A DNA stretch of 64,000 bases from Thermoplasmata archaeon. GTDB taxonomy: Archaea > Thermoplasmatota > Thermoplasmata > Lutacidiplasmatales > UBA184. The stretch lies in NCBI GenBank assembly GCA_052326485.1, contig JBKQMS010000031.1, positions 110,094 through 174,093 on the forward strand, read 5' to 3'. Under the pieces are notes generated by a model, which saw nothing but the letters and a program-made list of their open reading frames with translations, made no database searches and was not told the DNA's origin. Of the stretch, positions 55,072-62,359 are shown piece by piece; position 1 is the stretch's first letter, and every line of letters starts with the position of its first letter. The position numbers were made by a program, and so were the translations under genes.

Positions 55072-55997
55072 GCCTCTTCCGGGGCCTTCGGGATCAGCTC
55101 GAGGTAGGCTTCCTCGAGAACGAGCGAAGTGTTGGCGAACTGGACGACCGGGGCAACCCCCTGGCACAGGGCCAGGAGACGGACCCGCGTCTCGTCGCTC
55201 CCGTCGAAAGAGATCCGCCAGCGCCGATCGGAGAGCGCGGAGACCTCTTGGGCGAGGGCCCGAAGCGTCGCCATCGCCTCCGGGGCGACCGGGCGCTCGA
55301 ACTCCACGTCCACCTCCCGGGGGCGGATCCGGCCGGCCACGCGGTCGACGCGGTCCCGGAGCAGGACCCGGCCGTGGTCGAGGAAGACCAGTTGATCGCA
55401 CACCTCGGTCACCTCGAGCATCTGGTGGGAGCTCATGAACAGCAGGTGGTCGCGTTTCAGTCGGTTCAAGAGGCGGCGGACGAGCACGCGCTCCGCGGGG
55501 TCGAGACCGCTCGTCGGCTCATCGAGTAGGAGCACCGAGGGGTCCCCCATGAGCGTGGAGGCGAGCGCGACGCGCTGCCGTTGTCCCTTGGAAAGCCAGC
55601 CGACCCGCTGGCCGAGCGGCGGCAGGTCGAGGAGCTCGTGACAGCGGTCGACCTCCCGGTCCACGTCGTCTCGGGAAAGCCCGCGGGCGCGCCCGACCGC
55701 GTCGAGGGCCTCGTGGACGTTGAGCGTGGGGTACGGCTCGGGCGTCTCGATGAGCGCCCCCACGTCCCAAAGGGCTCCCTTCCGGTCGGTCATCGGGTCG
55801 ACCCCGTTGAGGTAGGCATGCCCCTTCGTCGGGCGCAAAAGGCCGACGAGCAGCTTGAGGGTCGTGGTCTTCCCGGCGCCGTTCGGCCCGAGGTAGCCGA
55901 CCGCTCCCGCACCTTCGTACCGGAACGTTAGGTCGCTGAGCGCGGGCAGGCCCGCGCCGAAGGATTTCGACAGTGCCGAGACCTCGAACGAGCCCAT
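55068..55997 (-). CDS. ABC transporter ATP-binding protein
   Basis: Has Walker A GPNGAGKTT, the signature LSKGQRQR and Walker B LLLDEP. Confidence 0.85.
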   Translation of the reverse strand: MGSFEVSALSKSFGAGLPALSDLTFRYEGAGAVGYLGPNGAGKTTTLKLLVGLLRPTKGHAYLNGVDPMTDRKGALWDVGALIETPEPYPTLNVHEALDAVGRARGLSRDDVDREVDRCHELLDLPPLGQRVGWLSKGQRQRVALASTLMGDPSVLLLDEPTSGLDPAERVLVRRLLNRLKRDHLLFMSSHQMLEVTEVCDQLVFLDHGRVLLRDRVDRVAGRIRPREVDVEFERPVAPEAMATLRALAQEVSALSDRRWRISFDGSDETRVRLLALCQGVAPVVQFANTSLVLEEAYLELIPKAPEEA

Positions 55998-56000
55998 GGG

Positions 56001-56942
56001 TCACCCGGTGGACTCCTTGCGTTGGTAGAGATAGGCGCTCAGCGGCAGAAAGACGACCATGTAGGCCGCCATGATCTCGAGGCCCTCGGGCACCGTCGCG
56101 ACCCAGGAATAGAAGAATTGGCCTGCCCCCACGGGTATCGCCTGTTGGTGGACAAAGTCGGTATCGAGGATCGACGCGATGGCGCCTCCGGCGTAGGGCA
56201 ACGAGAACCATGGTTCGATTCCCGCGAGCTGGACCACCGCGGTCAGCGTGGTGAACCCCACGTAGAGGGCCAGCACTGTGACCAGCACGCCCGCCGCCGG
56301 GGAGCGGATGAAGGCGCTCACACAGAAGGCAACGCTGAGCGCCGCCAGGGCGAAGACGGCGGCCACCCCAACGGATTCGGCCAAGACCGTCCAGGGGACG
56401 GTGGCGGCCCCGAAGAAGTAGATGGCCCCACCGATGGAGAACAGGTAGGAGACACCGACGATCGCCAGCGTCACTAGGGTCGCGGCGGCGTACCGGCCGG
56501 CGAGGAGGACGGGGCGCCGGATGGGGAGGACCAGCATGTAGTACCCCGCGCCGGTCGAAAAGTCGACGCTCAACGCGTCCCCGCCAAAGAACGCGGCCGC
56601 GAGAATCACCCAGAGACCGGTGTACGCGAGGAAGTTGCTCAGGTATTCGGAGCACTGATTCAGTTGATAATACCGAACAGCGTCGATTCCCGTGTTGACC
56701 TGGAACGCTAGCGTGAGCGCCGAGATCAGAGTCACAAAGCCGAGCAGCCCGTAGAACCGGTTGGTCCGAAGGTAATTCCCGAGCTGTAGCACGGTGACCG
56801 TGGTCCACTGTTCGAGGTCCGACACCCGATGCCGAGGCACGGCCCCGGGCGATCCGGGGGTGTCGGTTCGAGCCTCGATCACGGTGCGCTCCTCCCTCGA
56901 TAGACCGCTCTGGGCTATCTCTACTTTCGGACGGGTCGGCAA
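56001..56942 (-). CDS. ABC-2-type transporter permease
   Basis: Polytopic membrane protein immediately upstream of the ATPase gene (3-nt gap). The start is uncertain. Confidence 0.6.
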   Translation of the reverse strand: MPTRPKVEIAQSGLSREERTVIEARTDTPGSPGAVPRHRVSDLEQWTTVTVLQLGNYLRTNRFYGLLGFVTLISALTLAFQVNTGIDAVRYYQLNQCSEYLSNFLAYTGLWVILAAAFFGGDALSVDFSTGAGYYMLVLPIRRPVLLAGRYAAATLVTLAIVGVSYLFSIGGAIYFFGAATVPWTVLAESVGVAAVFALAALSVAFCVSAFIRSPAAGVLVTVLALYVGFTTLTAVVQLAGIEPWFSLPYAGGAIASILDTDFVHQQAIPVGAGQFFYSWVATVPEGLEIMAAYMVVFLPLSAYLYQRKESTG

Positions 56943-57244
56943 GCCCCGCAGGCCGTGGCGCCCCGGCGGCCAGCGACCAAAACAGCCCTCGCCTCGGGTT
57001 TAAATCTTTCTCGGGTCGAGAGAGACCTCCGCGCGAAACCCGAGGCCTACCCGGTGGCTATTGCCCCCCGGTAGATCGGATTTCTAGTCCGACTTCGAAC
57101 TCGTTCTCCCCACGGCGCAAGAGGCTCCCCAACGGGTCCGACGAGAAGCGAGCAGGTGCGTCGAGGGTGCGTCCGTGACGCACACGAAGGGATTATGCAC
57201 GCCGGCTCGCATTCCCGGCTCGCCCTAGAGGTTCCAGAGGGAGA

Positions 57245-57952
57245 ATGGTCGGGCGGAGCGTCGCGACGCTGGTGGTAGTCGTCCTCCTCGCCGTAGGGGT
57301 TCTCGCGGCACCGATCAACGCCTCCCCCCTGCACGCGACGAGCCAAACCCCCGCCACCGCGACGGATTCCATCTACGTGGCGGCGACCGGGGACTACGGG
57401 TACTCCCAGTACGAGTTCAACGACACACCGACCCACGCGACCATCACCGTCACTTTCGTGGACAATTCCTCGATGCCCGAGGGACATTCGTTCACAATCC
57501 TCGGAGTCGAGGGCGTACAGATTCCGAACACCGATACACAGGCCCAGATTGACAGCCTGGCCTTCGGGAACCACCCTCCGGCGCTGTTCAACCTGAACGT
57601 CACCCCCAGCAGTCCCCGGAACACCAGTTCGTTCCAATCTCCCGGCCCCGGGTGGTACGAGTTCGTATGCACCCTGCCGAGCCACTTTCAAGAGGGAATG
57701 TACGGCTTCATCGCTTTCGGCATGAATGTGCCATCGAACGTCACGTTGCCGCCAATCCGCGTCACCGTCGGTAGCTCGAACCTCACCTTCAGCCCGATCG
57801 ACGCCGCGATCCTCGGGGTCCTCGTGGTGGTGTTCATCCTCGGGTACGTCGTCTGGCGACGCCGACGCGCGCCCCCCAGGACGTCTCGCGATCCGGTCGG
57901 ACGGGCCAGGACCGTGTCCAGCGGAGACCAAGGAGCCAGGCCCGGCCGATAG
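57245..57952 (+). CDS. membrane-anchored type-1 (blue) copper protein, sulfocyanin/halocyanin-like
   Basis: Has an N-terminal signal-like helix. The copper ligands are His in EGHSF and C-x3-H-x4-M in FVCTLPSHFQEGMYG. It has a C-terminal TM anchor and several NxS/T sequons. Confidence 0.75.
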   Translation: MVGRSVATLVVVVLLAVGVLAAPINASPLHATSQTPATATDSIYVAATGDYGYSQYEFNDTPTHATITVTFVDNSSMPEGHSFTILGVEGVQIPNTDTQAQIDSLAFGNHPPALFNLNVTPSSPRNTSSFQSPGPGWYEFVCTLPSHFQEGMYGFIAFGMNVPSNVTLPPIRVTVGSSNLTFSPIDAAILGVLVVVFILGYVVWRRRRAPPRTSRDPVGRARTVSSGDQGARPGR

Positions 57953-58140
57953 CTAGGGAGTGGAAAGCGCTCCTAGGTCTTTGGGACCTCCGGGCCGGCA
58001 CGCCCCGGCCCTCGCTTGCCTGCCCGCGCCTTTCGTTCGCGTGGGGAAACGCGCGGTCGACGGACCCACCTGTTCGCGGTCCGGAGGACGTTCGGCCGCC
58101 GGCGCGAGACCCGACCGGTCGTTCCACTCCGAGTTGTGGA

Positions 58141-58148
58141 TTAAATAG
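58141..58148 (+). promoter_or_regulatory. TATA box (TTAAATAG) upstream of tatA
   Basis: AT-rich octamer ~38 nt upstream of the ATG at 58183. The same octamer occurs at 7891. Confidence 0.4.
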
Positions 58149-58182
58149 TGGCAAAAAAGTCGGAGACCCCTGAGGCGGGGGG

Positions 58183-58389
58183 ATGTTCGACTCAATCGAC
58201 GATTGGCTGATTATTGCCGTGGTGGCGGGGATACTGTTCTACGGGTCCTCGAAGCTCCCGCAGCTCGCGCACAGCCTCGGGCGCTCGGTCGGCGAGTTCA
58301 AGAAGGGCCGCCTAGAGGTCGAGCGCGAACTGAAGGCCGAACAGGCAGCGGCCGCGAACGCGCCCGCACCCGCGGGCCCGGTCCACTAG
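58183..58389 (+). CDS. tatA: twin-arginine translocase subunit TatA/E
   Basis: Short N-terminus, a TM helix (LIIAVVAGILFYG), the SKLPQLAHSLGRSVGEFKKG amphipathic helix and a charged tail. Confidence 0.8.
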   Translation: MFDSIDDWLIIAVVAGILFYGSSKLPQLAHSLGRSVGEFKKGRLEVERELKAEQAAAANAPAPAGPVH

Positions 58390-58492
58390 CGCGGACGGCG
58401 CGAGCCGGCATGCGCGAGGGGTCGGAGCGAGGAACTGCCCCGTCCCCGTCAGACCTCCTCGCCTCGGGGCCGAAGGGAGAGGCCCGTGGCTG

Positions 58493-59329
58493 ATGCGAGA
58501 CCTTGACCGGATCCTCGCCGTCCTCGCGGAAGTGCGTCATCGGCTCATTCGGATCGCCCTCGTCCTAGGACCGCTCTTCGGGTTCCTGCTCTTCTTCGAG
58601 CTGAAGCCGGTCACGATCCCCCTGTTCGGAGTCTCCGTTCCGTTCGCCTATCCCTGGCCCAACCCGTTCTACAACGTCTCGGCTCAGGTGTTCCTCGCGA
58701 TGGTCGCCTGGATGCTTCCGCCGGGCGTCAAACTCCTGAACGTGGGCGTCGGCGACTCGATCTTCGCGCAGATGGAGATCGGTCTCCTCCTCACGTTGAT
58801 CCTGGGGATGCCGTGGATCGTCCACGAGGTCGGGGCCTTCCTCATCCCCGCCCTACGCCGTAACGAGCGCGCGCTGATCCGCCAGATCGGAATCCCCGCG
58901 ACGGGTCTTTTCGCCCTCGGGACCGCAATCGGGATCCTGTTCATCACGCCGTTCACGTTCCGGCTGCTCTTCCTCTATGTCTCGGCGATGAACCTCGTGC
59001 CGGTGCTCGGGGTCCAGGACTTCGTGACCTTCGCGCTCGTCTATTCGCTCGCTTTCGGGATCGTCTTCGAGCTCCCGGTCTTCGTCTATGCCCTGACCCG
59101 GCTCGGAGTGGTGAAGGCCGCCGCCTGGCGGAAGCACTGGCGGGGCGCGGTCCTCGGCGCGCTCATCTTCGGGATGGTCATCACGCCCGACAATTCGGGC
59201 ATCACGATGATGTTGATCGCCACCCCCATGATCGGCCTGTACCTCGGGGGAGCGTACTTCGCGTCCCGGTGGGAGACTCGACGGGACACCACACGCGCCC
59301 CTCCTCGCGTAGCCGCTGGGACGGGGTGA
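58493..59329 (+). CDS. tatC: twin-arginine translocase subunit TatC
   Basis: Six-TM TatC pattern (LAEVRHRLIRIAL..., FIPALRRNER..., MVITPDNSGITM). Confidence 0.85.
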   Translation: MRDLDRILAVLAEVRHRLIRIALVLGPLFGFLLFFELKPVTIPLFGVSVPFAYPWPNPFYNVSAQVFLAMVAWMLPPGVKLLNVGVGDSIFAQMEIGLLLTLILGMPWIVHEVGAFLIPALRRNERALIRQIGIPATGLFALGTAIGILFITPFTFRLLFLYVSAMNLVPVLGVQDFVTFALVYSLAFGIVFELPVFVYALTRLGVVKAAAWRKHWRGAVLGALIFGMVITPDNSGITMMLIATPMIGLYLGGAYFASRWETRRDTTRAPPRVAAGTG

Positions 59330-59333
59330 GCAA

Positions 59334-59738
59334 ATGGCCCTCTTCTCGGAGATCGATTGGATCGTCATCGCGGGCGTGGGCGCGCTCCTGTTCTTCGGTC
59401 CGCAGGGTCAGCAATTCGTCCGGCAGATGGGACGTTGGTACGCTCGGATGCTCCAGGTCAAGGCAGAGATCATGAGCGAGGTCACCGCGTCCGCTGGGCT
59501 CCCGATCGGCCCGGGCACGCCCACCGGCGCGATCCGCTCGGAGCTCCTCGGTCCCGAACCCCTCGTAGCCTCCCCGGCAGCGCTGTTGGCAAGCCCCACC
59601 TTGCCGGGCGTCATCACCCAGGTCCAGCTCGTGGGCATGTGGGCCGTAGAGACCCAGACCCTGGGAGCGGGCTTGGGGCCCGGGACCTGGTGGGTGGCGA
59701 CGACCTCGATGCCGGGGGAGGTGGTGCGTCTCCGATGA
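59334..59738 (+). CDS. second TatA/TatB-like protein with extended C-terminal region
   Basis: A TM helix (WIVIAGVGALLFFGP) is followed by the amphipathic QFVRQMGRWYARMLQVK and an ~80-aa Pro/Gly-rich tail. Confidence 0.6.
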   Translation: MALFSEIDWIVIAGVGALLFFGPQGQQFVRQMGRWYARMLQVKAEIMSEVTASAGLPIGPGTPTGAIRSELLGPEPLVASPAALLASPTLPGVITQVQLVGMWAVETQTLGAGLGPGTWWVATTSMPGEVVRLR

Positions 59739-59869
59739 CCCTCTCCGTCGACGACGAGATCACCATAGTCGAGGTGGCCGTGATCCTGATCGGGATCGCC
59801 ATCACGTGGGCGGTCTACCGCCGAAGCAGTTCCGAGGCCACCTCCGAGGATCGGAGCCGGGACCCATGA
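59735..59869 (+). CDS. 44-aa single-TM microprotein
   Basis: MTLSVDDEITIVEVAVILIGIAITWAVYRRSS... It has ATGA overlaps at both ends, with the TatA-like stop and with the Rieske start. Confidence 0.45.
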   Translation: MTLSVDDEITIVEVAVILIGIAITWAVYRRSSSEATSEDRSRDP

Positions 59870-60699
59870 ACCCGGAATGCTCGACGTGTCCCTCCTTCGC
59901 GTCGATCGCGGGCACCGCCGCGCGTGTCCCCGTTGGGAGAGTGTACCGAACGCCGGTCCGAGCTCGTCATGTCGGCGCTGCGAACCGTCCGCCCGAGGAG
60001 GACGACTCCGTCGACGAGGCCCGAAGGAACTTCCTCAAGCTCGTCGCCGTGGCCGGCGTCATCGGGGCCGTCGGCGGTGGAATCGGAGGTGCGCTCCGGT
60101 ACGCGGGACGGCCGCCGGTCGTCGGCCTTTCTAGCTACCCAACCGTCCAGCTACAGGACCTGGATGGGTCGGTCCTGACCGCCTCGAAAGTGATGAGTGA
60201 GTACAACGTCACCACCCCGGATGCTCTCACCTTCAACTACCCGCTTTCCAACGAACCGAACCTGCTGATCAACCTGGCCCCTCCGTCGGGGGGCAGCGGC
60301 GGTGCCACCCAGGTGAAGGGAGGGGTCGGGCCGAGCGGCTCGATCGTCGCGTTCAGCGGCATCTGCCAGCATCTAGGCTGTCAGGTCCCCAGCATCGCTT
60401 TCTACCCAGCGGGGACCTGCTCGAAAAGCTTCGGGAACCTCGGCTTCTACATCCACTGCAGCTGCCATGGTTCCACTTACGACGCCACCGAAGGAGCGTC
60501 GAACTTGACGGGCCCGGCAACGCAGCCGCTCCCCCAGGTGACCCTCCAGTGGAAGAAGGGCGACGATTCGCTGTGGGCTATCGGCGTCACAGGACCCTCG
60601 GTCATGGGGCATACCAACACTTTGCAGGGAGGGACCGGGGTCGGGACGACCTCTCGTCTTCAGCGGCAATCGCCGGTCATCCTGTGTAGTTTCCCCTAG
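59866..60699 (+). CDS. Rieske [2Fe-2S] protein with twin-arginine signal
   Basis: Carries the cluster boxes CQHLGC and CSCHGS and an RRNFLKLVAVAGVIG Tat motif. The start is uncertain because 52 aa precede the RR. Confidence 0.85.
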   Translation: MNPECSTCPSFASIAGTAARVPVGRVYRTPVRARHVGAANRPPEEDDSVDEARRNFLKLVAVAGVIGAVGGGIGGALRYAGRPPVVGLSSYPTVQLQDLDGSVLTASKVMSEYNVTTPDALTFNYPLSNEPNLLINLAPPSGGSGGATQVKGGVGPSGSIVAFSGICQHLGCQVPSIAFYPAGTCSKSFGNLGFYIHCSCHGSTYDATEGASNLTGPATQPLPQVTLQWKKGDDSLWAIGVTGPSVMGHTNTLQGGTGVGTTSRLQRQSPVILCSFP

Positions 60700-60707
60700 G
60701 AGGGTCG

Positions 60708-62225
60708 GTGTCGTTCGAGAAGCGGTTCAATCAGGTCCTCGACCGGGTCTGGGCCTGGTTCGAGCGTCAGGTGGGTTTCGTCAAGGGGCCACCGGAATCC
60801 CAAAAGGAAGGGGGCTTCCAACCCTCGGCCTGGACCGGCGCCTTCGTCCTCGCCGCGTTCGCCTACCAGGTCCTCAGCGGGGCGTTGCTGCTGTTGTACT
60901 ACCAGCCCAGCGTCTACCCGACCTACACGCTTTGCGGTCAAGCCTCCGGGGTCCTCTCTTCGTCCCCTGCGGCTTGGTGCAGCACCTACTTCATCGCGAA
61001 CTCGGTCCCGCTGGGCAGTCTTCTCCTCACGAGCCACCTGTACGGCGCCTACGCCGTGATCGTCCTCTTGTTCATCCACCTGTTCCGGGGCTATTACGTC
61101 GGGGCGTACAAGAAGCCCGGACACGAGGGCAGCTGGGTCGTTGGGGTCGTGCTCCTCCTCCTCGTCCTCGGCATGGGGTTCACGGGCTACCTGCTGACGT
61201 ACACCCAGCTCTCCTACAACGCGACCCGGGTCAGCGTCACGCTCGTGCAGTCCCTACCGCTGGTGGGGACCCCTCTTGCCAATCTGATCGCGGGGGACGG
61301 GACCGACCAAAGTCTCCTGTCGCGGATGTTCGCCCTCCACGTCGTACTCCTCCCCTTGGCGATCGCGGTCCTGGTCTTCCTGCACAAGCGGACCTCGCTC
61401 TTTCCGCGGGTCTATCTGTACCTGGTGAAGTGGGGCCTCCTCTACGTCGGCGTGCTCCTCGGCGTCGCCTCGCTTTGGGTGTGGCAGCTGCCTACGTACG
61501 CCGGGAACGTCGGGGCGACCCAGCCGGTGACGGTCCCGGCTTGGTACTTCCTCTGGGTGTTCAAGCTCGTCGATTTCGTCGGGGTCACGCCGGAGGACGC
61601 GATGCTCTTCGTGGTGGTCCTCGTCCTCTTCCTCCTGCTCCTGCCGTTCATCGACCGCTCGCGCCACGTGCACCCGAGGGACCGACCCATCTTCCTGTTC
61701 CTCGGGAACTCGCTCGTGGGCTTCTTCATCCTCATGACCGCGTGGGGGGACCTTGCCCCCGGGCTCCCGATCACGGCGGGCGACGTGGCCCTTAGGTTAG
61801 GGCCGGTGCTCGCAGTGAACGCCCTCGTGGTCGCGTTCTTCTACTGGCGGTACCGAAAGACGTGGGGCGTCCCCACGGCAAGGTACGAGCCGGTCGAAGC
61901 GTCACCGTCCGTCACCCCCGAGTCCCCTCCCCCGGGAGCCGAAGCCACGACGTCCACGAGCCGAGGGGAGGCCATCCCCGGACCGATGCTCCTTTCCGGC
62001 ATCGGGCTCGTCGGATCCCTCTTCCTGCTCGCCTTCGGATTGGTGCTCCCGTTCCTGTTCCTACTGGCCGCATTCCTCGTGAACATCGCGGAGGCCGCAC
62101 GGACGCCCCCGCCGCCGACCACCGCCCATCGTCCCGGACCGTCGGGGATATGGGTGTTCCCCGTTCTCGCGGTCCTCGCGGTCGCCTTCCTCCTCGCCGC
62201 GCTCGTCTGGACCGTGCTCTTCTGA
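60708..62225 (+). CDS. cytochrome b (fused b6/subunit-IV-type) with C-terminal TM extension
   Basis: Helix B has a His pair (HLYGAYAVIVLLFIH, 13 intervening residues) and helix D has a His pair (HVVLLPLAIAVLVFLH, 14 intervening). The Qo-site motif is PAWY. GTG start. Confidence 0.85.
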   Translation: MSFEKRFNQVLDRVWAWFERQVGFVKGPPESQKEGGFQPSAWTGAFVLAAFAYQVLSGALLLLYYQPSVYPTYTLCGQASGVLSSSPAAWCSTYFIANSVPLGSLLLTSHLYGAYAVIVLLFIHLFRGYYVGAYKKPGHEGSWVVGVVLLLLVLGMGFTGYLLTYTQLSYNATRVSVTLVQSLPLVGTPLANLIAGDGTDQSLLSRMFALHVVLLPLAIAVLVFLHKRTSLFPRVYLYLVKWGLLYVGVLLGVASLWVWQLPTYAGNVGATQPVTVPAWYFLWVFKLVDFVGVTPEDAMLFVVVLVLFLLLLPFIDRSRHVHPRDRPIFLFLGNSLVGFFILMTAWGDLAPGLPITAGDVALRLGPVLAVNALVVAFFYWRYRKTWGVPTARYEPVEASPSVTPESPPPGAEATTSTSRGEAIPGPMLLSGIGLVGSLFLLAFGLVLPFLFLLAAFLVNIAEAARTPPPPTTAHRPGPSGIWVFPVLAVLAVAFLLAALVWTVLF

Positions 62226-62359
62226 GCACGCCGTGGAACGCTCCGACGACGACGCCCTAGGTCGCGGGACGCCGCATCGAGCGAGGACGTTGTGCGGGCG
62301 CGCGGCCGGCGGAAATAGGCCGAGCCTACGAACTGGCCTGGGGCACCGCGCGAGATTCG

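Noticed and set aside
55072-55401. The N-terminal extension of the 360-aa ORF 54319-55401.
   Set aside because: The extension overlaps the ABC ATPase gene in another frame and is Pro/Arg/Gly-rich. An ATGA-coupled start at 55071 gives a sensible membrane protein.
56212-56222. A T-loop-like GGTTCGATTCC suggesting a tRNA.
   Set aside because: The flanking bases do not form a T-stem or acceptor stem, and the site is inside a well-behaved ABC-2 permease ORF.
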